A model generated the notes under the pieces. It searched no databases, was not told where the DNA came from, and saw nothing but the letters and a program-made list of their open reading frames with translations. DNA of 64,000 bases from a virus. The position numbers and the translations under genes were made by a program. The stretch covers positions 32,001 through 96,000 of IMG/VR virus record IMGVR_UViG_3300021400_000020. One strand, 5' to 3'. Positions 11,601 through 18,456 of the stretch are shown here, one piece after another (position 1 is the first letter of the stretch; each line of letters opens with the position of its first letter).

Positions 11601-12957
11601 CCGACTTCTGAACCTCGAAACTCAGACGCTCGTAGGCTTGCTCCAACTCCTTCACACTGCGCCAACTCCTTGGGTCGCCGACAATCTCACGGTAATGCTC
11701 GGCGGTCAGCGAAGCGGTCTTTTCCAGCACCGTCAGACGTTGGAACTCCTCTTCCACACGGGCAATCTCCTTCACACCATCGTCCGTGGTGGCATCGATG
11801 GTTTTGCGGTATTCGGTTAAGCCCGTCTTCAGCCGCTCAATGTCCTTCACACTGTTGGCAAAACCCGAACCACCCTCGGCAATACTGCTAATATGCCCTT
11901 TGGCTTCCAAAATGCGCTCGTTGGCTTGCTGCAAGTCGGCGGTCATCTTGCGGATGGTCTCGTCCACACGCATCAAGCTACTGGCGTCAGTCGTTGCCAG
12001 ACTCTCCCTGTACTGCTGCAAGAGTTTGATGCTCTCCTGCAACTGGGTACTGTTCAAACCTGTGGTTGGAGGAGCACCTGCGGCACTCAATGCCTGACGT
12101 GCGGCGGTAGCTTGCTCATAGCTCTGCATGATACCACCAGCCCGCTCGCTCAGCGAGGTCTGAGCACGCTGCTGAATGGTGTCGTTCACACTTTGCAAAC
12201 TGGCTTTGACCTTTTCAAGCACCTTGGCTTCCAGATTGCCTGCATCCACCATACCCTGCAAGAAACGCTGCATATCCGACAGCTGCTTGTCGGTGGCGGC
12301 ACTCAGGTCCTTCAAGAGGGTGTCACCACCTGCCTTCTTGAAATTCTCAAAGGTGATGGCGTTGATGCGTTGGGTAATCTTCGTCCACTCCTTGCTGTTC
12401 TTCGACAAGACGTCGCGCTGCTCGGTCAAGACACGCTTCAGACGCTCGTTTTCATCAAGACTACCCTTCGTATAGTTGCTGCTCTGCTTCCAAGCATCGG
12501 CAAATCCAGCCTTCAATTCCTTAATGCGCACCTCTAACTGGGAAATATGGTTGGCTAACCGACGGAAAGACTCCATGTCCTCGTCGGTCATCGTACTCTT
12601 GCCAAATTTGCGCATCTCGTTCCTCGCCTGACTTAATGCCGTGGTCAGGTCGCGCACCGACATGCCCGTCATATTCGTCAGACTCTCTTGCAGACGGTTT
12701 AGATTCTCACGGCTCTGCTTGATAAGGCGGTTCTGCGTCTTGAGTTGTTCCTCCGTTTGTTTCATCTGCACCTGTAAGTCCTTTCCCTTAGTTCCTGCCT
12801 TCTCTGCTTCGCTAAGGGACTCGTACTGCGCTTGGAGACTCTTCAGTTCTTCCTCCAACTTATGAGCGGTATCGGTCAGCAACTTAATCTGCTTGTTAGA
12901 TTCCTTCGTCGTAACATGCACCTGCACATTACTCACATAACTTGATATTCCTGGCAT
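5680..12957 (-). CDS. tail tape measure protein (2425 aa)
   Basis: Long coiled-coil N-terminal half. Core region ...FATQAGKLGI...GGAEAIAGLAKVNDVLGE...GSSILNLGNNTAASYQGIMEYVRRLGAVGATAKMTMPQLIALGGRLDAVGISAEQGSTAL... matches my recollection of the TP901-type TMP core. Hydrophobic segments are also present. Confidence 0.9.
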   Translation of the reverse strand: MPGISSYVSNVQVHVTTKESNKQIKLLTDTAHKLEEELKSLQAQYESLSEAEKAGTKGKDLQVQMKQTEEQLKTQNRLIKQSRENLNRLQESLTNMTGMSVRDLTTALSQARNEMRKFGKSTMTDEDMESFRRLANHISQLEVRIKELKAGFADAWKQSSNYTKGSLDENERLKRVLTEQRDVLSKNSKEWTKITQRINAITFENFKKAGGDTLLKDLSAATDKQLSDMQRFLQGMVDAGNLEAKVLEKVKASLQSVNDTIQQRAQTSLSERAGGIMQSYEQATAARQALSAAGAPPTTGLNSTQLQESIKLLQQYRESLATTDASSLMRVDETIRKMTADLQQANERILEAKGHISSIAEGGSGFANSVKDIERLKTGLTEYRKTIDATTDDGVKEIARVEEEFQRLTVLEKTASLTAEHYREIVGDPRSWRSVKELEQAYERLSFEVQKSGVSAEEFARKSEVMQLIKNRLNELKAGFQSVWQTSENASNNSVATNLRVIEVLKQEQQTLAKTQSQWAIYEKRINSVKFSNWMKTGGGNVLADIGNATDKQLSDVQRFLQGMVDAGNMEERVLERVKNQLEAINDTIQHRAQTSLEDKAQQAMNYTSGSQSTTKIQENIKLLQQYRENLETTNEGGLSRVDETIRKMTADLQQANDRVLEAKKYLENVNSGNGFKGTLTDLDRLRNGLRAYKSTLDVTSKDGQEKIIAVERELQRLDMLQETATLTAERFDEILKNPKGVKNIDELRMAYKRLKFEINNTELTQDEYIAKAAQMKAIDKQMKELTETWTHHQSGIRGAINRLKSYIAVYLGFNAIMNEVRKQFGHIMELSDQMTNVQKVTNMTTEEVRRLSKSLQDLDTRTTTHDLMEFATQAGKLGIYTEHGLEGMKGFVEMGERINATLGEDIGGAEAIAGLAKVNDVLGETKKHGDDVGEALDAAGSSILNLGNNTAASYQGIMEYVRRLGAVGATAKMTMPQLIALGGRLDAVGISAEQGSTALIHLIRGVMNHTFEMAKAAELAPTYLQSLIDEGKSYEALVAVLEKIEDAEDRAGKVQEVMNAVGTGRMKQSAGLAMTLSSLATNTAALGDALQYASEGYESATVGMGNVSVMSREFTKVQDNAAGSLARLRNAFNELFTNSVIYDFFNGIIKGLGNFLSWMQKGSQSIVSWQSTIKALILTLISLQLNIGTKFRQALEHGSRALKQFWQRLVAAQGAAQTFKVAIEGLKSALKTFIVFAVLDGIIKLIQYIRKGVEATKEFNEAIAAAAKEEDEMIAKSRQLSDRISQLTKNNEQNVDSHRELKKTINDLNGVMQSYLGFQLSETNLLKNQTQARDLLNSKIRETIVLKKQEAAEKLLEEKYGTTRENRWTGVRDKLTEEVGDRNTSVIESALRRTMQRLVDALPKSELKNSQDNWGVQNMRQGNMMEYLITQSGLKLNKTAKDAIYDNFDDIKKLWNDLVKERGERVRLAESTGAQMDEAVTRSYQDTLKMLNSTLKEIQNLQKQFNGSTDKKERQQLAQRLVELSADYQNLAHQAGPRMSGQVLQRVENNNRYLQGQVRNQWEDIAHPNVWGKNGTTLDKMDTETLKNYADYLDSVVENGLKVGQQFSKIYADLVKKGVLDDSMSMEDAQRSVKEEYDKVKAELDRRHDTIQGNYKSDKNSDRDKDKWKREAKDERDATLAQLDAYYQEREALIKQRLAEESITEEEAERRNNENELVWLADRMKLRKQWTKQLNATESKQFVEHWNNELKLRKANWSLIQKFMYDVRSEYDGATRKMQEDATKIQEIIHKHKDAIEKILLEGDFTGKVREEFRRSMDTIGFIFGINEEAEERTKALAEKRLAQLQTWARDAYSLTIEQLKEAMRKEDNIYHVWFEGLGDNADAELTAFLQKLQQYSDDIIDAERKAAKEYTRVADKIWTGRREEGLGGRTQSELAEDRERRSQSGQTAANYASSWGFGGELVSANAEIDVIYAQMEAKKAYIALLQQETDKHIENMKAQEAETTARLAAKELDYARRSSSMSDEERKAAENEIQSLEARRASLQMSVRELQEEQNIALSDSYTAMTDLQEKYMQKMVERAARDFDTLQEYSNEMSSFAQSFGEGVFGSKEDRQNAAKQLLTDVLTTTKNLVQQYLIQVSTKRTVDQMEVQLEAQKQTQIQALRQKSLADYGAKKIAELEVEGSTSTAEAAVGGIKGTSQEVAKKGWLGLAIGAAISLALSSLLGLALGAINKSKSEVAAATGASSGQLKAGFLTYAEGRYPVLGADGETYMAKREDKLQTKIYRGGAHYGIFSEKMPEAVIDGPTTQKLVLNYPEIWDNIQVLSKTGVIPNYPKRRKQRGVATYADGNLDEIGTTTDAGAAVDDGGDSMEGMQSLIAANTAMLKALHAQLEAGIDAHVDMYGDNGVRQRMKKAERFMQRRGRG
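10600..12540 (-). repeat. Diverged internal tandem duplication (about 0.93-0.98 kb unit, two copies) inside the tape measure gene
   Basis: Protein pairs LKAGFADAWKQSS/LKAGFQSVWQTSE, ATDKQLSDMQRFLQGMVDAGN/ATDKQLSDVQRFLQGMVDAGN and IKLLQQYRESL...RVDETIRKMTADLQQANERILEAK/IKLLQQYRENL...RVDETIRKMTADLQQANDRVLEAK. The nucleotide offset is 984 nt at one landmark and 933 nt at another. Coordinates are approximate. Confidence 0.8.
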
Positions 12958-12972
12958 GGCTATATATTGTTA

Positions 12973-13000
12973 TTTTCACTTTGCACTCTTCACTTTTCAC
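12973..13000 (-). repeat. 28-nt element, copy 1 (mRNA sense GTGAAAAGTGAAGAGTGCAAAGTGAAAA), upstream of the TMP start
   Basis: 27 of 28 nt identical to 16430..16457. Ends 15 nt before the ATG at 12957. Confidence 0.7.
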
Positions 13001-13017
13001 TTCTCACTTTTCCCTTC

Positions 13018-13545
13018 TCACGTCCAGTTCCTCGTCGTCTGACGCTTGTAGCCATTGCTACGGAGGAACTGTCCTTGTGTGGTGGCATTCGCCACACTCT
13101 GCATGATGACAACACTGCCCGTATAAGCATACTGCCGAGCAAGCCTATCCATCAGCATCCTGGCGTGAAGACGAATTTCACTCATCATAAACGGCTTCGC
13201 CATACGAGGCTTGCCGTCAGGACGAGGGATAGGTCTGAGCGGCTTACCCGTCGTCAGCTGGGGAATAGTCATGTATTTCATGCCCTTGCCAACCGCCATC
13301 TCCACATACTGAGCATAGTTCATGTAATAAAACTGAATCAGGGCTTCGTCACCATTCGCATTGTTGTGGATGTCGGCATGGATGCTGCGCTCCAAGTCAC
13401 CCGAAAACTTTTTGCCGTAGGGACTAATCTCTAAGTCCTGCATGTTCTGAAGAATCTGCTCCGTCGTTTCAAGGGCGAAATAATGAATGCGTTGCTGAAC
13501 CTTTTTGTTCATCAACGCAAATTCATCTATCACTTGCTTTGCCAT
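13018..13545 (-). CDS. hypothetical protein upstream of the TMP (175 aa from ATG 13545; the track TTG start is at 13581)
   Basis: ORF in the late (-) string. The position would fit a tail assembly chaperone, but no motif or slippery site was identified. Confidence 0.65.
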   Translation of the reverse strand: MAKQVIDEFALMNKKVQQRIHYFALETTEQILQNMQDLEISPYGKKFSGDLERSIHADIHNNANGDEALIQFYYMNYAQYVEMAVGKGMKYMTIPQLTTGKPLRPIPRPDGKPRMAKPFMMSEIRLHARMLMDRLARQYAYTGSVVIMQSVANATTQGQFLRSNGYKRQTTRNWT

Positions 13546-13619
13546 CGTAATTCCTTTTCTCGCAAAGTTAGTGATAGACAACCAAAATCATAAGGACAAA
13601 TTTCTTAGTCATCCCTGTC

Positions 13620-13649
13620 TTTCTCCGTATGCGAAAGTTCCGCTTTCGC
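13620..13649 (+). repeat. B-type element (TTTCTCCGTA + hairpin GCGAAAG/CTTTCGC)
   Basis: Read directly from the sequence. Confidence 0.8.
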
Positions 13650-13654
13650 CTTTC

Positions 13655-13681
13655 ATCCTCCCCCGAAAGTTCTGCTTTCGG
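13655..13681 (+). repeat. A-like hairpin lacking the CCACCGT flank
   Basis: CCGAAAG ttctg CTTTCGG. Confidence 0.7.
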
Positions 13682-13688
13682 TCCTTAG

Positions 13689-13718
13689 TTTCTCCGTATC
13701 TGAAAGCTCTGCTTTCAG
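13689..13718 (+). repeat. B-type element with covarying stem (CTGAAAG/CTTTCAG)
   Basis: TTTCTCCGTAT CTGAAAG ctctg CTTTCAG. Confidence 0.8.
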
Positions 13719-13866
13719 CCATCAAAGAAACAAGGTTTCCACGCTCTCGTGAAAACCTTGAACTTTTGAGTCTCAATTCACGCAAAAAAATTGAAACTCC
13801 ATCTTTAAATCATGGCAAAGATACGACTTTCATCGTTCCCCTCAAAATCTTTCCGTCAATTTCTGC

Positions 13867-13940
13867 ACCACCGTCCACGAAAGTTCCTGCCACCGTTCCC
13901 GAAAGTTCCTGCCACCGTTCCCGAAAGTTCCGCTTTCGGG
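13867..13940 (+). repeat. 22-nt tandem array of A-type 5' half-sites (three units); only the last unit completes the hairpin
   Basis: ACCACCGTCCACGAAAGTTCCT / GCCACCGTTCCCGAAAGTTCCT / GCCACCGTTCCCGAAAGTTCCGCTTTCGGG. Confidence 0.85.
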
Positions 13941-13982
13941 TAAAAAGAAAGTTCCGCTTTCGGTTTAGCTTTCAGCCCTTGC

Positions 13983-14012
13983 TTTCTCCGTACCCGAAAG
14001 TTCCGCTTTCGG
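13983..14012 (+). repeat. B-type element (TTTCTCCGTA + CCGAAAG/CTTTCGG hairpin)
   Basis: Read directly from the sequence. Confidence 0.8.
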
Positions 14013-14014
14013 CT

Positions 14015-14560
14015 TCAGTCCTCCTCTCCGAACAGCATCCCGTTCACATACTCATCCTCCACCACGCAGATATTGTACTGTTCCGGCAGATGAATCGTCA
14101 GATACACTGCCACCCATCCGTCATAAAACGGAGCTTGCGTCTTGTACTCTATATCACTAAAGTCCATCCTGCGAAGGAACTTCGGACAGCGTTGCTTATC
14201 ATGCTGCAACTTGTTCAGCCAGTTCAGGAAATTGCGCATGTGTTCCTTGGCTTCTTTCTTCGCATCCCTATTCGCGTGACCGTCACCTGCGTCCGTACTT
14301 CGCACACAGAAGTGGATGGTAAAACTCTGCTTGTCGTAGGCAAACTGCTCTATCTCGCCCTCCAGGTTACTCTCCATGATGACACACGGACTCATCCGCA
14401 CGTTCATTCCCTGCATAAAGTTCTGCAGGTCCCAGTAACTGTTGCAGAAATAAAACCTACGACGTTCGGAATTCTTGGCGAAGTTATGTTGCATCTTCTT
14501 ATAGATGCTACACCAGAACTCTACTAACTGAGGATAGTCACTGACTTCACTTAATTTCAT
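14015..14560 (-). CDS. hypothetical protein (181 aa from ATG 14560)
   Basis: Track ORF 14015..14590 starts at TTG inside a repeat. ATG at 14560 (MKLSEVSDYPQLVEF...) is more plausible. Confidence 0.7.
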   Translation of the reverse strand: MKLSEVSDYPQLVEFWCSIYKKMQHNFAKNSERRRFYFCNSYWDLQNFMQGMNVRMSPCVIMESNLEGEIEQFAYDKQSFTIHFCVRSTDAGDGHANRDAKKEAKEHMRNFLNWLNKLQHDKQRCPKFLRRMDFSDIEYKTQAPFYDGWVAVYLTIHLPEQYNICVVEDEYVNGMLFGEED

Positions 14561-14620
14561 GTTTTCGTTATTGTTTTCGTTATCGTTCAAGAAATCCCTT
14601 CAAATCCTTTAAATCCTTGA
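14561..14620 (+). repeat. C-family repeat, copy 1 (GTTTTCGTTATCGTT-CAAGAAATCCCTTCAAATCCTTTAAATCCTTGA)
   Basis: About 50-60 nt direct repeat of 14658..14734. Confidence 0.75.
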
Positions 14621-14657
14621 TTTTTATCTACGGAGTCTCGGAGTAAAGGAATTTCCT

Positions 14658-14734
14658 GTTTCCGTTTTCGTTATCGTTATCGTCCAAGAAATCCTTTCAA
14701 ATCCTTAAAATCCCTGACCTCTTTAAATCCCTGA
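14658..14734 (+). repeat. C-family repeat, copy 2, with an extra TTTAAATCCCTGA unit
   Basis: ...CGTTTTCGTTATCGTTATCGTCCAAGAAATCCTTTCAAATCCTTAAAATCCCTGACCTCTTTAAATCCCTGA. Confidence 0.75.
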
Positions 14735-15280
14735 TGGGGCTTTCACATGACAAAAAGCATGTAGCTTCCTCATGCTGCGCTCATACAAGTTCGTGTCACG
14801 CGAAAGCAAAAGCATCTCGCTACTCCTGCTTCGACTTTGATTAAGAGAACCAGTCAACAAGAGGTTCCCTTTTTCGTTTCCGATACACAGACAACGGAAA
14901 GCAATGTCCCTTTCGGCTATCGTGACAACGGAATAGCGGGCATGATGAGCGAGGTACTTCTCGATACGCTCACGGCTCTTGCGAGGCTGGACAATGATAT
15001 TCAGTTTCCGAATCAGCCAGTCACTCTTGCCATCATCCATGACAGCCATCCTACCGAGCAAGCTATGAAGCATGTCTAACGTACTGTCTTCTATGTGGAC
15101 CAAGGCAACGGTGACTTCCGAACCAGGCAACCACCACACCATCTGACCGAGGAATTCGGACAACTGGGTTTCACTGTTTGTAAAGAATACCTCGGTACCA
15201 CTCTTAGGCATATTGCCCCAAATCGCACTAATCTCGGTCTTGTAACAGCATGGCTCCACCTGCATCACATTCTCTGACAT
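14723..15280 (-). CDS. hypothetical protein (185 aa)
   Basis: ATG ORF in the late (-) string. Confidence 0.7.
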   Translation of the reverse strand: MSENVMQVEPCCYKTEISAIWGNMPKSGTEVFFTNSETQLSEFLGQMVWWLPGSEVTVALVHIEDSTLDMLHSLLGRMAVMDDGKSDWLIRKLNIIVQPRKSRERIEKYLAHHARYSVVTIAERDIAFRCLCIGNEKGNLLLTGSLNQSRSRSSEMLLLSRDTNLYERSMRKLHAFCHVKAPSGI

Positions 15281-15295
15281 CGGCTCCCTCCTTTC

Positions 15296-16417
15296 TTAAA
15301 ATCGTCTAACACCCTTCACGAAAGGAGCAAAGACACTGTTGCATGGGTTCTTAGGGTCGTAGTCATTGGAAGGAGGACAGTGCTTAGGGCATTGCTGCTG
15401 TCTGTTCAGACGCTTCTGCTCTTCTTCTGGCAACGCATTCCCGTCCTCGTCATACCACAAGCCGTCATCACCGAGGGTGGGAGGTGCTGGCACATAGAGA
15501 GGAGAGGTTTTCACGTAAGGGCGGAAAGAATCCTGATGTGCGACGATACACCTCTTGGCTAAGGCAAGCTGCATGTCTCCACGCTCCACACTGTCCTTGC
15601 GACCCTCGCCCGAAAGGGATTCAGCATAGCGCACCAACGCACGACGTAGGTAATTCTTTGCTTTCTTGCGCCAGATATAATGTTCCACCTGACTTGCTGC
15701 ATCCTCACCATCATTCCCATCCGACCCATTATCCCCATCATGCCACTCATGAACAAAAGCAGAAAACAACTCCTCACCGATGGCTGGTTCCAGATATACG
15801 CTCTGAGCCTCCTGAAGATTCGGGAACATCTCAATGAACTGCTTCCTGCCATCCTTCAGAGTCGTGTAGTTTCTGAGTTCATGGGCTGTCGTAAATAGCA
15901 AGTCAGCCTTATAGTAGAAGAACTCGCTTTCCTTCCATTCTGTCTGATACAACGGTTCTTTAGACTCCGCATCCAACTCTAAAAGGGTCAGCAAATTGTC
16001 CTCGCTTTGCCGCGCTTTACGCCAAGCATCACGCTCGAAGCGGTCCAAGGCTTTCTGCTCTGCCGATTCGTAGTAGTCTGCAGACATCTGATTAAAACCA
16101 CCTCCCTCATTGAAACTCAACGCATACACACCTGCATTGTCTGCCAACGTGTAGTAGAGGGCGATGCGCTGACACTGGCGGAGAATCCTGATATTCAAGT
16201 CTCTGTTATTGAATGTGGCGTTTGTCAAGCCTGTGTCCTGCAAGTTCTCCACAAGACTGTCATACTCGGTGGCGAGCTTATCCAACAAGGCATCACCCAA
16301 GAGGGGCGTGAGGCGGACATTCACTTCATTGTCGATGTCACTAATCAAGCGGTCGAGGTTCGTCCACTTACTCTGAGGATAGATAGCTTCTATCTCTTTG
16401 ATATTACAGAAAAACAT
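15296..16417 (-). CDS. hypothetical virion-module protein (373 aa) with an acidic low-complexity insert (DGDNGSDGNDGED)
   Basis: ATG ORF immediately downstream of the portal-like gene and preceded by the 28-nt GTGAAAAG element. Confidence 0.75.
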   Translation of the reverse strand: MFFCNIKEIEAIYPQSKWTNLDRLISDIDNEVNVRLTPLLGDALLDKLATEYDSLVENLQDTGLTNATFNNRDLNIRILRQCQRIALYYTLADNAGVYALSFNEGGGFNQMSADYYESAEQKALDRFERDAWRKARQSEDNLLTLLELDAESKEPLYQTEWKESEFFYYKADLLFTTAHELRNYTTLKDGRKQFIEMFPNLQEAQSVYLEPAIGEELFSAFVHEWHDGDNGSDGNDGEDAASQVEHYIWRKKAKNYLRRALVRYAESLSGEGRKDSVERGDMQLALAKRCIVAHQDSFRPYVKTSPLYVPAPPTLGDDGLWYDEDGNALPEEEQKRLNRQQQCPKHCPPSNDYDPKNPCNSVFAPFVKGVRRF

Positions 16418-16429
16418 ATTTCATTCTAT

Positions 16430-16457
16430 TTTTCACTTTTCACTCTTCACTTTTCAC
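16430..16457 (-). repeat. 28-nt element, copy 2 (mRNA sense GTGAAAAGTGAAGAGTGAAAAGTGAAAA)
   Basis: 27 of 28 nt identical to 12973..13000. Ends 12 nt before the ATG at 16417. Confidence 0.7.
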
Positions 16458-16460
16458 TTT

Positions 16461-18227
16461 TTATTTGCTCTCCGTTGATACAACCCCCGTCTTGCTGTTG
16501 TCCAGCGTCGTGAGGTTCTGCTGTTCTATCACCCATTTCAAGTGCTTGTCACAGTCATTGAAGGTGGAAATCATGTCCAAGAGCCATAGGTAACGACGCT
16601 GACTTGGACTCACCTGCTGCTCCTTCAGCAAATGCAACTCACGCTGGAACGTGCCTCCCTTACCAGAACTACCAGGACGTGAGCCGATCAGTTCGGGATG
16701 AACACCCATTGCAAAGAAGATGATACTGCTCACTTCCTCCAACTCGGCTTTTAAGTCCTTGGCGTTCTGAGGTTGTGGCACATCTACAATCTCAATCGAC
16801 TTCACGAGCGTCTTCTCATCTTGGCTCAGATAGGCATCCAATGCAACGGTCTTACCGTTATTGTCGCGCTTCTTCAGGAATTGGTTGATGTCGTTAATCA
16901 GACCCGTCTTGATAGCATCCTGCTCGTCCTCGTTCGTCGCTCCCATCTGGTCGTAGAGTTTCTGAAGGTAGTTGAGATTGATGTAGATGATTTTTCCCCA
17001 CATCGTAGAGTTGTTCCTCGCCGCTGCCTTGTCGAACATCATTGTATAGGCATAGTTATACACATAGCTCAGGAAGATACTCCACCACATAGGCTGTGGA
17101 TAGTAAGGGCGGAGTATGTTCGCACGTTTCAGAGGGATGCAGAACCATGCCGTGCGCTCATTCACCTTCTGACGTTGTTGACGCGATACCCACGAATTCA
17201 ATTCTTCAATGGCACTGTCGGAATTGATGACAGGGTAGGCGATGACCTCGCCAAATTGCAAGTCGGGAGTGCATTCCTTGCGCCAACGCTCGGCATAGAA
17301 GACATTCTCAATCTTCAAGTCCTTGCTCATCTCCTCGTAACGGGTGCAGACACAAGGCAGAAAACCGAGTTTCACAATCTTAGGATTCCACTTGCCGCTC
17401 TTACCTCGCGACAAGCCAATCGTAGGAAAGGCGATGTTCATGTGGGCATCGTCAGTACAATACTTCTCATAATGCTCACAGAGATTGTTGTTCTCAAGGA
17501 ACTCACGAAGCCATTGACTTGTGCTTTCCCATTTTTCATAGTCTTTGACAAGCTGATCGATTTCCTTGTCAAGGTACTCTTTGAGACGAGTATGCTTGCC
17601 ACCCTTACGCGGACCTTCCTCGCCACCGTTCCCGAAAATTTGGTTTTCGGGTAAAAGGTTACCGTTCCCGAAGGTTCTGCCTTCGGATTCCCCGTTCACC
17701 CCATCATCCTGCGACTCATCATCATCCAAGGCATCTCGTCGTGAAGATAACTCTATAAGTCTATTCAGAATCAGCGTACCAGCAAGAGGGTAGGGGATGC
17801 TCTCTTCCTTGACCGTCCCTCCAGCGTATCGTGCCCATACGTAAGTGGGTTTGGGACCATGCCCTTGCGTGAGGTTGATGATGTATTCCATAGCAGCAGC
17901 AGTGTAGGGGAGGGCTGCCACTAACTGCGCAATCCTGTTCGGCTGGTCGTTGGCACTGCCCCAGGCGATATACTTGCCTTTGACGGTCTTGCTATCCACA
18001 CTGATTGCCTGTATTTGCTTACCGTCGGGAATGAGGTTGCTGCCCGTACCAAGCATCGACTTGTTCGCCCATTCCGCGCAGCCACTCACCACCGAAGGGT
18101 CGTTATTCTTGCTGTTGCCAAACCCTGTCACCGTGATGGGAATATAACCACGTTTCTGCAAGCTCTGAATCTTGCTGAAGGCTTTATCAACGGTTTTTTT
18201 AAACTGATTCTTCTGATTCTTTGCCAT
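16461..18227 (-). CDS. portal-like protein (588 aa)
   Basis: Size and position fit a portal. C-terminal region ...YPQPMWWSIF...AMGVHPELIGSRPGSSGKGGTFQRELHLLKEQQVSPSQRRY... resembles portal stem/tunnel regions as I recall them. Not verified by search. Confidence 0.6.
   Translation of the reverse strand: MAKNQKNQFKKTVDKAFSKIQSLQKRGYIPITVTGFGNSKNNDPSVVSGCAEWANKSMLGTGSNLIPDGKQIQAISVDSKTVKGKYIAWGSANDQPNRIAQLVAALPYTAAAMEYIINLTQGHGPKPTYVWARYAGGTVKEESIPYPLAGTLILNRLIELSSRRDALDDDESQDDGVNGESEGRTFGNGNLLPENQIFGNGGEEGPRKGGKHTRLKEYLDKEIDQLVKDYEKWESTSQWLREFLENNNLCEHYEKYCTDDAHMNIAFPTIGLSRGKSGKWNPKIVKLGFLPCVCTRYEEMSKDLKIENVFYAERWRKECTPDLQFGEVIAYPVINSDSAIEELNSWVSRQQRQKVNERTAWFCIPLKRANILRPYYPQPMWWSIFLSYVYNYAYTMMFDKAAARNNSTMWGKIIYINLNYLQKLYDQMGATNEDEQDAIKTGLINDINQFLKKRDNNGKTVALDAYLSQDEKTLVKSIEIVDVPQPQNAKDLKAELEEVSSIIFFAMGVHPELIGSRPGSSGKGGTFQRELHLLKEQQVSPSQRRYLWLLDMISTFNDCDKHLKWVIEQQNLTTLDNSKTGVVSTESK
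17623..17651 (+). repeat. A-type hairpin inside the portal ORF (stem CCCGAAAA/TTTTCGGG, compensatory change)
   Basis: CCACCGTT CCCGAAAA tttgg TTTTCGGG. Translated in frame as ...NQIFGNGG... Confidence 0.85.
17659..17686 (+). repeat. A-type hairpin inside the portal ORF (stem CCGAAGG/CCTTCGG, compensatory change)
   Basis: TTACCGTTC CCGAAGG ttctg CCTTCGG. Translated in frame as ...EGRTFGNG... Confidence 0.85.
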
Positions 18228-18308
18228 GATGATTTGTTTTCGTTACTTAGGCAAAGTTAATATCTCCCCACCAAAATCAAGCGGACATTTTTCTCCCCCG
18301 CCCCTCCT

Positions 18309-18349
18309 GCCACCGTCCCTGCCACCGTCCCCGAAAGTTCCGCTTTCGG
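18309..18349 (+). repeat. A-type element with duplicated GCCACCGTCCC flank
   Basis: GCCACCGTCCCT GCCACCGTCCCCGAAAGTTCCGCTTTCGG. Confidence 0.8.
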
Positions 18350-18456
18350 TTTCCAGTTTCTCCGTATGCAGCGGTTTTGCCGCTGCCCCTTCCCCTGTTC
18401 CGCTTTCGGCTTTCAGTTTCTCCGTATGCAGCGGTTTTACCGCTGTCCCTTCCTCC
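18337..18456 (+). repeat. 60-nt direct repeat, two copies, each ending in a B-type element with stem GCAGCGG/CCGCTGC
   Basis: GTTCCGCTTTCGG(T/C)TT(C/T)CAGTTTCTCCGTATGCAGCGGTTTT(G/A)CCGCTG(C/T)CCCTTCC. Copies start at 18337 and 18397. Confidence 0.85.

Noticed and set aside
13600-14012. Possible CRISPR array, also considered for 25520-25665 and 27365-27480
   Set aside because: The repeats are palindromic hairpins of several types with irregular spacing of 8-60 nt. The 13867-13940 array has no spacers at all (22-nt head-to-tail units). No cas genes are visible, and copies are dispersed through the genome.
13505-14527. 340 aa plus-strand ORF spanning the hairpin-rich gap
   Set aside because: Its first half translates families A and B (…PRKFCFRS…, …VPESS…). 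Its second half is antisense to gene 14015..14560. The open frame is a by-product of repeat composition.
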